A DNA stretch of 63,821 nt, the filler included, from Chiloscyllium plagiosum (lineage: Eukaryota): assembly GCF_004010195.1 (NCBI RefSeq). It is 5 parts of one record of this genome, joined end to end, with 100 filler letters (N's around TTAATTAATTAA, not from the genome) between each part and the next. Parts side by side here need not be neighbours in the genome. Positions count along the whole stretch, not along the records: positions 1 to 30,250 come from NC_057714.1; positions 30,351 to 47,483 come from NC_057714.1; 3 more parts are not named here. One strand, written 5' to 3'. The notes beneath the pieces were generated by a model. It worked only from the letters and a program-made list of their open reading frames with translations, ran no database searches and was not told the origin of the DNA. This document shows, one piece after another, positions 27,151-39,360 of the stretch. How positions within the stretch are numbered: the first letter of the stretch is position 1; every line of letters begins with the position of its first letter. Position numbers and translations under genes: made by a program.

Positions 27151-27911
27151 GAATGCTGTGCCATATGAAAGCCATATGACTACTGTGGCTACAGGAATAG
27201 GTCAGAGGCGAGGAATCCTGCAATGCGTAACTCCCCTCCTGATTCTCCAAAGTCTTCCACCAACGAAAGAGTGTGATAAAATAATCTCCACTTCCCTTGA
27301 TAGGTGCAGCACCAACAACACTCAGTTCAGTTCAAGAAACATCCAGGATAAAGCAATCTGCTTCATTCGCAGCACATACTCCACCTTTAATATTCAACAC
27401 AGTAGCAGCAGTTTGTGTCATCTACATGGTGCACTGCAGTAATTCACCAAGGCTCTTTTCAACAAGACTCTTTCCAAACCCATGAGTTCCACCACCTAGG
27501 AGGTCAAGATCAGCATTGACATGGGAACACCACAACTTGCAAGTTTCCCTCTAAGTACACACCATCCTAACTTGAAACTATCAAACTAGTGGACTGGACC
27601 TCCACTATCACTTGATGAAAATCCTGGAAATCCCTTCCTAACAGCACTTTATCACAGCAACTGCAGCAGTTTAAAAAGGCCACTTACTTTTTCCAGAGCA
27701 ATTAGGGATGACAAATAAATGTTGGCCTCAACCAAGGAAGCCCACATCCTCTGAATGAATTTCGTAAAATTGCCTTTGAAAACTAAAATTCTCTTCTTAA
27801 CACAAGTATTCTTAAAATTTCCCTTCCTGGCAAACACTCAAAACATAACCTCATAGAATGGGGAGAACTTAGTCCCAATACAACTCATGCCCTGAACTGT
27901 CTCAACTCTAA

Positions 27912-28113
27912 AGGTGACAGTGAGGACTGCAGATGCTGGAGATCAAAGTCAAGATTAGAATGGTGCTGGAAAAGCATAGCAGTTCAGGCAGCATTCGAAG
28001 AGTAGGAAAATCGAAGTTTCAGGCAAAAGCCCTTCATCAGGCCCGAAACATCAATTTTCCTGCTCCTTGGATGCTGCCTGAACTGCTCTGCTTTTCCAGC
28101 ACCACTCTAATCT
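27912..28113. mobile_element. Short inverted pLTR cassette with 14-bp TSD
   Basis: A minus then a plus pLTR piece, flanked by tgtctcaactctaa (27898-27911) and tgtctcaactataa (28114-28127). Confidence 0.75.
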
Positions 28114-28682
28114 TGTCTCAACTATAACACTGTCATGTCTGTGAGAGGCAGCAATGGCTCAGTGGAGGCAGAAAGGGAGGCATTGGGAACCTAATCATGA
28201 AATTGCTGAGCTCTGAAGAAGCCATGAGGAATTGAGAATCATGAGAAGTTGAGGGAGTCTCAGAGACATTGAAAGGTAGAAATATCTCTGCAGAACTGAA
28301 TGACTGAAGAGAGGATAGTGAAGCTATGGTGCATTGGATGACAGTTCACATTATTCCAGTGTTTCTATGATACCATCAAAGATTGTCAAGATCATCTACA
28401 CTCCCTTCCTCTGACAAACCACACACTGATCAACAATGACATCTAACCTTCCCTATACCCAGTCAATTCCCTGGCAAGTGATTGTCATATTGTTCAGTTG
28501 AGTTTATTTTTGGTGATTGTGATAAATTTATTTGCTATTGTGAATAGTTGGGTTGGATCCCATTTAACCTTCAGCCATGGTACATTTAGTAGCATTTTCT
28601 CTATTGTAGTTAAAAGCTTCAGGATTTAAGAGCCATTCCAGTGCTGGAGTACAAAAATCAAGGTTGACAATTGAAAACATTG

Positions 28683-28829
28683 ATTAGAGTGGTGCTGGAA
28701 AAGCACAGCAGGTCAGGCAGCATCCAAGATGCAGGAAAATCCTGCCCGAAACGTCAATTTTCCTTTGCTTTCCAGAACCACTCTAATCTTGACTCTAGTC
28801 TCTAGCATCTGCAGTCCTCACTTTCATCT
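28683..28829. mobile_element. Short inverted pLTR cassette with 14-bp TSD
   Basis: Flanked by aattgaaaacattg (28669-28682) and aattgaaaatattg (28830-28843). Confidence 0.75.
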
Positions 28830-28898
28830 AATTGAAAATATTGGAATACTCAGCTGTCTTTCAGATGAGGTGTTGAACTGGCGGTGGCTGCAAAGATC

Positions 28899-29210
28899 AG
28901 GCGGTATGGTGGCTCGGTGGTTAGCACTGCCTCACAGCACCAGGGTCCCAGGTTCGATTCCAGCCTCGGGCGACTGTCTGTGGGAGTTTGTATATTCTCC
29001 CTGTGTCTGCGTGGGTTTCCTCCAGATGCTCCGGTTTCCTCCCACAGTCCAAAGATGTGCAGATCAGGTGAATTGGCCATGCTAAATTGTCCCATAGTGT
29101 TAGGTGCATTAGTCAGAGGGAAATGTGTCTGGGTCAGTTACTCTTCGGAGGGTCAGTGTGGACTTGTTGGGCCAAAGGGCCTGTTTCCACACTGTAGGGA
29201 ATCTAATTTA
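28899..29210 (+). mobile_element. HE1-type V-SINE
   Basis: A box TGGCTCGGTGG, B box GGTTCGATTCC, V-core and tail. Confidence 0.9.
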
Positions 29211-29258
29211 ACCTATCCCATTGCATTATTTAAAAGGATTACTGGGCTGTTATCCACG

Positions 29259-29608
29259 GTATAAAATCATGAGGGGCATGCATAGGGTAAGTGGGCAAGG
29301 TCTTTTCCCTGGGGTGAGGGAGTCCAGAACTAGAGGTCCTCAGTTTAAGGTGAGAGGGGAAAGATTTAAAAGGGATCTAAGGGGCAACTTTTTGACTCAG
29401 AGGGTGATGCGTGTATGGAATGAACTGCCAGAAGAACTGGTACAATTACTACATTTAAAAGGCATCTGGATGGGTGGATGAATAGGAAGAGTTTAGACAG
29501 ATATGGGCCAAGTGCTGGCAAATGGGACTACATTGATTTAGGATATCTGGTTGGCATGGATGAGTTGGGCCGAAGGGTTTGTTGCTATGCTGTACATCTC
29601 TATACTCT
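29259..29608 (+). mobile_element. HER1-type CR1 3' fragment
   Basis: YKIMRGM.RV.GQGLFPGV.ESRTRG..FKVRGERFKRDLRGNF. Confidence 0.9.
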
Positions 29609-30250
29609 GGCCAAGATTTATCATCCACCCAATCAACAATACAAAACCTAAATTCAGTTCATTATAACACGGCTTTTTGTGGGAATTTGATATGCACATA
29701 TCGGCTGCTATGTTTGTTATATTATAACCATGATCACACATCAAAAGTATTTCATTGGCTGCAAAGTAGTTTGAGACATCCAGTGGTCAAGCAATGTACT
29801 TTACTAATGTAAGTCTTTTTCTTAATCTTCCCCTTTTCTTGGAACTTGAGAAATTTCACAATTCACTTCCTGTTTAAGAGATATTGGCTGGGATGATGAA
29901 ATATATTAAATATCTATTTGTATTCAACTTATTAACTGGATATGTCTTATATCTCATGTGGAAAACATTTTTTCCTTGGATAGTTTAAATTACATAAATC
30001 CAAATATTGCTATTAAATTCAATGACCTGAAACAGCTTATAACTGCCAGTTTTAGAATAACCTATGGGGTCATTAAAGGTAATACATCATATTAGAATGT
30101 AAAAATGTGACAGGCTGGAATGTAGAATAATGATTATTGTCACTATTGATCCAACCACAATGTTTCTGCTCAGCCTACTTTCAATGTGATTTGAAAATAT
30201 AATTGTGAAATACTCTGCACACTCCAGTCACTAGTATTTTTAATGTAAAA

Positions 30251-30350
30251 NNNNNNNNNNNNNNNNNNNNNNNNNNNNNNNNNNNNNNNNNNNNTTAATT
30301 AATTAANNNNNNNNNNNNNNNNNNNNNNNNNNNNNNNNNNNNNNNNNNNN
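30251..30350. other. Assembly gap with TTAATTAATTAA spacer (also 47484-47583, 57015-57114 and 61031-61130)
   Basis: The same 44N + TTAATTAATTAA + 44N structure occurs four times. Confidence 0.95.
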
Positions 30351-31076
30351 GGAGTGTTACTGAACAGAGATCTTGGAGTGCAGGTTCATAGCTCCTTGAA
30401 AGTGGAGTCGCAGGTAGATAGGATAGTGAAGAAGGCGTTTGGTATGCTTTCCTTTATTGGTCAGAGTATTGAGTACAGGAGTTGGGAGGTCATGTTACGG
30501 CTGTACAGGACATTGGTTAGGCCATTGTTGAAACATTGCGTACAATTCTGGTCTCCTTCCTATTGGAAAGATGTTGTGAAACTTGAAAGGGTTCAGAAAA
30601 GATTTACAAGGATGTTGCCAGGGTTGGAGGATCTGAGCTACAGGGAGAGGCTGAACAAGCTGGGGCTATTTTCCCTCGAGCATCGGAGACTGAGGGGGTG
30701 ACCTTATAGAGGTTTACCAAATTATGAGGGGCATGGATAGGATAAATGGACAAAGTCTTTTCCCTGGGGTTGGGGAGTCCACAACTAGATGGCATAGGTT
30801 TCGGGTGAGAGGGGAAAGATATAAAAGAGACCTAAGGAGCAACACTTTCACGCAGAGGGTGGTACGTGTATGGAATGAGCTGCCGGAGGATGTGGTGGAG
30901 GCTAGTACAATTGCAACATTTAAGAGGCATTTGGATGGGTATATGAAAAGGAAGGGTTTGGAGGGATACGGGTTGGGTGCTGGCAAGTGGGACTAGATTG
31001 AGTTGGGATATCTGGTCGGCATGGACGGGTTGGACCGAAGGGTCTGGTTCTATGCTATACATCTCTATGACTCTAT
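30351..31076 (+). mobile_element. HER1-type CR1 3' part, 5' end in an assembly gap
   Basis: RDLGVQVHSSLKVESQVDRIVKKAFGML...; one frameshift near 30697; actctatg tail. Confidence 0.93.
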
Positions 31077-31419
31077 ATTGATGATAACATTCAGCCACCT
31101 CAGCGCTCCCCTATAAAATTTAACTTCCTTGTGTCCTCACTTCCCCTGTTAAGAATCATTCCAAGAAAGAGTCTTTAATGGGTTTTTTCTTCTGCGTTTG
31201 TTAAAGTTTTGCTTGTCCACCTTGCACCACTCCTACCAGAATTTGCTATTGTGATCTCACAAGATTTGTGTAAAACATGATGATGTAACTGATCACAGGA
31301 CTCTGACATCAATAAGAGAGAAGACACCAGTCTAAAATGAGAGTGTGAAGAGAAAGGTCTTGGACACTATACTCAGTCTGTACTTCATAATGTAGCTATC
31401 ACTTTTACAAATATAGCAA

Positions 31420-33075
31420 TGCTGCATTACATAATGATGATCCAACTCGGCCTCCACCAGTGGTCCCAGTATTACGGATACCAGTATTCAGCCAATTCAA
31501 TTGACTTCACGTGTTATCAAGAAACAGTAGGAGATATTGGATACTGCAAATGCAATGGGCCCTCACAACATTCTGGCCATACTACTGAAGACTTGTGCTC
31601 CATAACTTACCACTCCCCTTGTTAAGCTGTTCCAGTACAGTTACAGCATTGGCATCTACCCGACAATATGGAAACTTTCCCACATATGTCCTGTACATAA
31701 AATGCAGGACAAATCCAACCCAGCCAATTACCAGTCCATCAGTCTACTCTCGATCATCAATAAAGTGATGGAGGGTTCATAAACATTGCTATCAAGCAGC
31801 ACCTACTAGCAATAACCTGCTTAGTGATGCCCAATTTGGGTTCTGCCAGGGCCACCCAGCTCTGGACCTCATTACTACCTTGGTCCAAACATGGACAAAA
31901 GAGCTGAACTATGGAGGTGAGGTGAGAGTGACAGCCCTTGACATCAACGTTGCATTCGACTGAGTGTGCATCATGGAGCCCTAGCAAAATTAGATTAAAT
32001 GGGTATCAAGGGACAAAGTCTCCAATGATTGGAGTCACACCTGATACATAACAAGATGGTTGTGGTTGTTGGAGATCAGTCATCTCAGCTCCAGGACATC
32101 TCTGCAGGAGTTCTGCAGGGTAGTGTCCTCACCGAACTATCAATGCTTCATCAATGACCTTCCTTCCGTCATAAGGTCAGAAGTGGGGTTATTCGCCAAT
32201 GATAGCACCTTTCGCAATTCTTCAGATACTGAAGCAGTCCATATTCAAATGCAACAAGATCTGGACAATATCCAGACTTGGGGTGACAAGTGGCTTGTAA
32301 CATGCAAACCACACAAATGCCAAGTTATGACCATCATGAATAAGAGACAGTCTAATTCTCATCCCTTGGAATTCAACAGTGTTACTATAACTGAATCCCC
32401 TACTTTCAACATCCTGGAGGTTATCATTGACTAGAAACTCAACTGGACTCACTACATAAATACAGTAGCTACAAAAGCAGGTCAGAAGCTCAGAATACCG
32501 TCGCGAGTAACTCACCTCCTGACTCCTCAAAGCCTGTCCACCATCTACAAGACACAAGTCAGGAGTGTAATGTAATACTTCCTACTGGCCTGGATGAGTG
32601 CAGCCCCAACAACACTCAAGAAGCTTGAGACCATCCAGGACAAAGCAGTCCACTTGATTGGCACTGTATCCACAAGCATCCAATCCCTCCACCATCAATG
32701 CTCAGTAGGAGCAGTGTTTACTACCTACAAGATGCACTGCACAAATTTACCAATGATCCTCAGACAGCACCTTCCAAACTCAAGACTACTTCCCACAAGA
32801 AGGACAAGGGTACCAGATACATAGGAGGACAACCACCTTCAAGTTCCCCTCCAAGCCACTCACCATCCTGATTTGGAAATATATCACCATTCCTTCACTG
32901 TCATTGGGTCAAAATCCTGGAGTTCCCTCCCTAATGGCATTGTAGGTCAACGCATAGCAGGTAGACAGCAGCAGTTCAAGAAGGCAGCTCACCACCACCT
33001 TCTCAAGGGCAATAGGAATGTGCAATAAAATGCTGGCCAGCCAGCGATGCCTAAATCCCACAAATGAATTTTAAA
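31420..33075 (+). mobile_element. Second CR1/L2-group LINE family, RT to 3' tail, degenerate
   Basis: QCFINDLPSVIRSEVGLFAND, MQQDLDNIQTWGDKW and MSAAPTTLKKLETIQDKA. Confidence 0.85.
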
Positions 33076-33639
33076 ACCCCATAAGGTATTGAAGAGATTA
33101 ACTTTGAGATAAGGAGCCAGTAGCCTCAGAAAATCTAAAGATCAGATTATCTACCAAATTTGCCAAAATACCTTTCCCTCTGCCCAACTTAAAAGTGATC
33201 AGAAGATATTTACTTCTGCTTCTTTGTAACATGTACCATTAAAATGTAAAATTTTAAAGAGAATGGTCAGCCTCTATGGCTACAAGAAAGTAGTTGAAAT
33301 CAACATGCACAGTTAAATTGGTTTTGGAATAAATTTTAAAAACTCAGGAAGTCTACTCAATGTAAGTATCCAACGTGTAACGATAATGCAAATCTGCAAT
33401 TATCTCACCACCTTTACTTTATTACAATCAGGCAGTTTTTTTTTCTGCTGAAGTAGCTCTCTGAAGATGTAAAGGTACTGAACAAGCCATTTGACCCTCT
33501 CAATCTCAGCAATATATACATTGCCTGACAACATTGCAGAAATATAAGCAGCCTATGAAACACGCAATGTGCAGTACAGAACTTGAATATTCCTGAAATG
33601 AAATGCTGGCAAATGGGATGTGATTAGATATGCCAAATT

Positions 33640-36600
33640 TAAAAAGGAGGTCTTCGCGAATAGTAATATCTGGATAACTCCTGGTGCTGTGAGCTGGTGA
33701 GGGTAGGAATAGGAGGATAGAGCAGATGAATGCATGGCTGAGGAGCTGGTGTATGGTAGAGGGATTCACATTTTTGGATCATTGGCATCTCTTCTGGGGT
33801 AGAAGTGACCTGTACAAGAAGGACAGATTGCACCTGAATTGGAAGGGGACTAATATACTGGCAGGAAGATTTGCTAGAGCTGCTCAGGAGGATTTAAACT
33901 ATTAAGGTGGGATGTGGGACCCAGGGAGATAGTGAGGAAAGAGATCAATCTGAGATTGGTGCAGCTGAGAAGAGAAGTGAGTCAAACAGTCAGGGCAGGC
34001 AGGGACAAGGTAGGACTAATAAATTAAACTGCATTTATTTCAATGCAAGGGGCCTAACAGGGAAGGCAGATAAACTCAGGGCATGGTTAGGAATGTGGGA
34101 CTAGGATATCATAGCAATTTCAGAAGCATGGCTCAGGGATGGGCAAGACTAGCAGCTTAATGTTCCAGGATACAAATGCTACAGGAAGGACAGAACCGAA
34201 GGTAAGAGAGGAGGGGGAGTGCCGTTTTTGATAAGGGATTAGCATTGCAGCTGTACTTAAGGAGGATATTCCCGGAAATACATCCAGGGAAGTTACTTGG
34301 GTGGAACTGAGAAATAAAAAAAGGGATGATCACCTTATTGGGATTGTATTATAGACCTCTAATAGTCAGAGGGAAATTGAGAAACAAATTTGTAAGGAGA
34401 TCTCAGTTACCTGTAAAAATAACAGAGTGGTTATGGTAGGGGATTTTAACTTTCCAAACATAGACTGGGACTGCCATAATGTTAAGGGTTTAGATGGAGA
34501 GAAATTTGTTAAGAATGTTCAAGAAAATTTTCTGATTCAATATGTGGATATACCTACCAGAGAAGGTTTAGATTAGATTAGATTAGATTAGATTACACTG
34601 TGGAAACAGGCCCTTCGGCCCAACAAGTCCACACCGACCCGCCGAAGTGAAACCCACCCATACCCCTACATTTACCCCTTACCTAACACTACGGGCAATT
34701 TAGTATGGCCAATTCACCTGACCCTGCACATCTTTGGACTGTGGGAGGAAACCGGAGCACCCGGAGGAAACCCACGCAGACACAGGGAGAACGTGCAAAC
34801 TCCACACAGTCAGTCGCCTGAGGCGGGAATTGAACCCGGGTCTCTGGCGCTGTGAGGCAGCAGTGCTAACCACTGTGCCACCGTGCCGCCCACTGTGCAA
34901 AACATGACCTACTCTTGGGAAATAAGGCAGAGCAGGTGGCTGAGGTGTCAGTGGGGCAGCAGCAACCATAATTCTATTAGATTTTAAAAAGTGATGGAAA
35001 AGGATAGAACAGATCTAAAAGTTGAAGTTCTAAATTGGAGAAAGGCTCAGTTTGATGTTATTAGGCATGAGCTTTCTAAAGCTGACTGAGGGCAAATGTT
35101 CACAGGTAAAAGGATAGCTGGAAAATGAGAAGCCTTCAGAAATGAGATAACGAGAGTCCAGAGACTCTTTTCCTGTTAGGGTGAAAGGGAAGGCTGGTAG
35201 ATGTAGGGAATGCTGGATGAGTATAGAAATTGAGGATTTGGTTAAGACCAGGTGTATCCTAGAACTCTGTGGGAAGTGAGGAAAGTGATTGCTAAGCCCT
35301 TTGCTGAGATATTTGTATCATCGATAGTCACTGGTGAGGTGCTGGTGGACTGGAGGTTGGCTAATGTGGTGCAACTATGTAAGAACGGTGGTAAGAACAA
35401 GTTAGGGAACTACAGACCGGTGAGCCTGATGTTGTTGGATGGAATCCTGAGGGACAGGATGTACATGTATTTGGAAAGGCAAGGACTGGTTAGGGATAGT
35501 CAACATGGCTTTCTGCACGGGAAATCATGTCTCACAAACTTGATAGAGTTTTTTGAAGAAGTAACAAAGGATTGATGAGAGCAGAGTGCTGAACATGATC
35601 CATATGGACTTCAGTCAGGCATTCGACAAGGTTCCACCGGGAGACTGGTTAGCAAGGTTAGATCTCATGAAATACAGGGAGAACTAGCTATTTGCATACA
35701 GAATTGGCTCAAAGGTAGAAGACAGAGTGTGGTGGTGGAGGGTTGTTGTTCAGACTGGAGGCCTGTGACCAGTGGAGTGCCACGAGGATCAGTGTTGGGT
35801 CCACTACTTTTCATCATTTATATAAATGATTTGGATGTGAGCATAAGAGGTATAGTTAGTAATTTTGCTGATGTCACCAAACTTGGAGGTGTAGTGGACA
35901 GCAAAGAAGGTTACCTCAGATTACAATGGGATCTTGATCAGATGAGCTAGTGCGTTGACAAGTGGCAGATGTAATTTAATTTAGACAAATGCGAAGTGCT
36001 GCATCTTGAGAAATCAAATCTTAGCAGGACTTATACACTTAATAGTAAGGTCCTAGGGAGTGTTGCTGAACAAAGAGACCTTAGAGTGCAGGTCCATAGC
36101 TCTTTGAAAGTGGAGTCACAGGTAAATAGGATAGTAAAGACTGCGTTTGGTATGCTTTCCTTTATTGGTCAGAGTATTGAGAACAGGAGTTGGGAGGTCA
36201 TGTTGCGACTGTACAGGACATTGGTTAGGCCACTGTTGGAATATTGCATGCAATTCTGGACTTCTTCCTATCGAAAGACTTTGTGAAACTTGAAAGGGTT
36301 CAGAAAAGATTTACAAGGATGTTGCCAGAGTTGGAGGATCTGAGTTATAGGGAGACGTTGAATAGGCTGGGGCTGATTTCCCTGGAGCATCAGAGGCTGA
36401 GAGGTGACCTTATAGAGGTTTATAAAATTATGAGGGGCATGGATAGGATAAAAAGACAAATTCTCTTCCCTGGGATGGGGGAGTCCAGAACTAGAGAGGT
36501 TTTGGGTGAGAGGGCAAAGATATAAAAGAGACCTAAGGGGCAACTTTTCCACGCAGAGGTGGTATGTGAATGGAATGAGATGCCAGAGGAAGTGGTGGAG

Positions 36601-36778
36601 GCTAATACAATTGCAACATTTAAAAGGCATCTGGATAGGTATATAAATAGGAAGGGTTTGGAGGGATATGGGCCACGTGCTGGCAGGTGAGACTAGATTG
36701 GGTTGGGATATTTGGTCAGCATGGACAAGTTAGACTGAAGGGTCTGTTTCTGTGCTGTACAGCTTTATAACTCTATGA
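33640..36778 (+). mobile_element. Long HER1-type CR1: ORF1 esterase-like end, EN, RT and tail; internal deletion near 35250; SINE inserted
   Basis: FTFLDHWHLFWGRSDLYKKDRLHLNWKGTNILAGRF (SGNH-type ORF1), LNCIYFNARGL (EN), [23 protein letters not shown] and NFADVTK. Confidence 0.9.
34567..34891 (-). mobile_element. HE1-type V-SINE, full length, inside the HER1 EN domain
   Basis: (TTAGA)n tail, V-core and intact A/B boxes. Confidence 0.93.
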
Positions 36779-37247
36779 AATGCGTGTTGCTGAAGCTATC
36801 ATTGTGCACCAATCAGGACAACTGCAAGAATGCCAAATTTTAAAAGCCCACATGAATATATTTTTTTCAGGGGAAAAGGATGCCAATTGGTTAGCAATTT
36901 GATTCATCAGCTAAAATGTTGGCATAAAGAAATCAATGTGGACATAAAAATTGAACATATCCCTTTTATTTGCTGAACATGAATTCCTATGCATGAATGT
37001 AGTTATTTCAAATAAGACTAACAAGTCATGTTATCGGCTTAACGTATTGCCTGAAACTGATCATAAATTAATGTTTTTTTAGTACATTCAGGAGAGTTCA
37101 ACAAATGCTGCCAATTATGGAATCACCTCTAGGGTTGATGTTGTGCTTCACTTGAAAGTTCTCTTGGTTAATGTTTCCACCAACACAATGTAGGGCTCTC
37201 TTGTGACAAAGTGGTAATATCGCCAAGCCTGGACTAAGAGATCTAGG

Positions 37248-37378
37248 TCGAAAAGTGTGGCGCTGGAAAAACACAGCAGGTCAGGCAGCATCTGAGGAGC
37301 AGGAGAATCAGTGTTTCGGGCATAAAACATTCACACTTTTCAACTCGGATCTCCAGTGTCTGCAGTCCTCACTTTCGC
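37248..37378. mobile_element. Short inverted pLTR cassette
   Basis: Minus and plus pLTR pieces with an imperfect 14-bp TSD, ctaagagatctagg / ctatgagacctggg. Confidence 0.6.
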
Positions 37379-37440
37379 CTATGAGACCTGGGCTGAAGTC
37401 CCACTTGCTTCAGAGGTGTGTAATAACATCTCTTTTTTTT

Positions 37441-37752
37441 TTAGATTAGATTACTTACAGTGCAGAAACAGGCCTTTCGACCCAACAAGTCCACATCGCC
37501 CCGCCGAAGCGCAACCCACCCATACCCCTACATTTACCCCTTACCTAACACTACGGGCAATTTAGCATGGCCAATTCACCTGACCTGCACATCTTTGGAC
37601 TGTGGGAGGAAACCGGAGCACCCGGAGGAAACCCACGCAGACACGGGGAGAACGTGCAAACTCCACACTGTCAGTCGCCTGAGGCGGGAATTGAACCCGG
37701 GTCTCTGGCGCTGTGAGGCAGCAGTGCTAACCACTGTGCCACCATGCCGCCC
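37441..37752 (-). mobile_element. HE1-type V-SINE, full length
   Basis: Near-identical to 34567-34891. Confidence 0.93.
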
Positions 37753-38364
37753 ATATCTCTGTACAGGTTGATTCACAAAATAGATTAAATTTAAGAGTTA
37801 ATGAACGGTTTTGAGTTTTACAAGCACAGAGTGTCTGAATACATTCTGTACTTTGCCTTTAACAAACAAATAAAAGAACATGCTTTGATTTGTGATTTGA
37901 TCAGCCAATCCCTGAGATGTATGCCGGACATTCTGCTGAATACCCAACTGAGCAATGCATGTAATGGGGAATAGTGGCATTATAATACTGTCAAAAGAAC
38001 TGGTAATCCAGAAGTTAATGCTAATGCTCTGGAGACAAACATAGATGGTGAAATTTGAATTCAATATTTTTAAAATGGCCTAATAGTTAACACCTAACCA
38101 TTGTTGTAAAAGCCTGCCATCCTTACTTGTCCTATTTTACGTAGGACCCCTGAACCACAACAATGTGGTTGATTTGCCCTCTGGACAATTCAGGATAGGC
38201 AATAAATGTTGGTCCAGCAACCACAGCCACATCCCATGGACAAGTATAAAAGAATTAAATCTCTATTTAAGCAATCCTGATATAAACAAATTATTTACTT
38301 TGCTATTGGAAAATACAGTAAGCAAAACTATCCGTGAAACTTACATTTGATAGATTGCATTCTA

Positions 38365-39360
38365 AGATAGAATCATAGAGTCACAGAAATGGACAGCGCT
38401 GAAACAGACCCTTAGGTCCAACTCGTCCATGCTGACCAGATATCCTAAATTAATCTAGTCCCATTTGCCAGCACTTGACCCATATCCCTCTAAACTCTTT
38501 CTGTTCATATACTGATCCAGATGCCTTTTAAATGCTGTAACTTACCAGCCTCCACCACTTCCGTTGGCAGTTCATTCCATATACGCACCACCCTCTGCGT
38601 GAAAATATTGCCCCTTCAATCGCTCTTAAATGTTTCCCCTTTCACTTTAAATCTATGCCTTATAGTTCAGGACTTCCCCACCCCAGGGAAAAGGCCTTGG
38701 CTATTTACCCTATCCATGCCCCTCATGATTTTATAGACTTCTATGAGGTCACCCCTCAGCCTCCAATGCTCCAGGGAAAACAGCTCCAGCCTATTCAGCC
38801 TCTTACTATAGCTCAAACTCTCCAATATCTTTGTAAATCTTTTCTGAACACTTTAAGTTTCACAACATCTTTCCGATAGGAAGGAGTCCAGAATTGCACA
38901 CAATATTCCAACAGTGGCCTAACCAATGTCCTGTACAGCCGCAACATGACCTCCCAACTCCTGTACTCAATACTCTGACCAATAAAGGAAAGCATACCAA
39001 AAGCCTTCTTCACTATCCTATCTACCTGCAATTCCAATTTCAAGGATCTATGAATCTGCATTCCAAGTATCTTTGTTCAGCAGCACTCTACAGGGCCTTA
39101 CCATCAGGTATATAAGTCCTGCCCTGATTTGTCTTTCCAAACTGCAGCACCTCACATTTATCTAAATTAAACTTCATCTGCCACTCCTCGGCCCCTAGGC
39201 CCATCTGATCAAGACGCCATTGTACTCTGAGGTTACCTGCTTCATTGCATTTCACCTCCAACTTTGGTGTCATCTGTGAACGAACTAATTATACCTCCTG
39301 TGTTCACATCCTAGCCATTTATATAAATGATGAAAAGCAGTGGACTCAGCACTGATCCTT
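38365..39360 (-). mobile_element. HER1-type CR1, RT end to tail
   Basis: EEWQMKFNLDKCEVLQFG and QVDRIVKKAFGMLSFIGQSIEYRSW. Confidence 0.92.

Larger units (their letters stand above)
25130..27745 (+). mobile_element. Second CR1/L2-group LINE family, degenerate and internally deleted, with nested PLE and HER1 pieces
   Basis: Collinear with 31420-33075 (V.GPNIFSCFINGL.SIIKSEVGMFPND.., IDQKLSW). 5' module at 25130-25440 and tail near 27700-27745. Confidence 0.75.
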
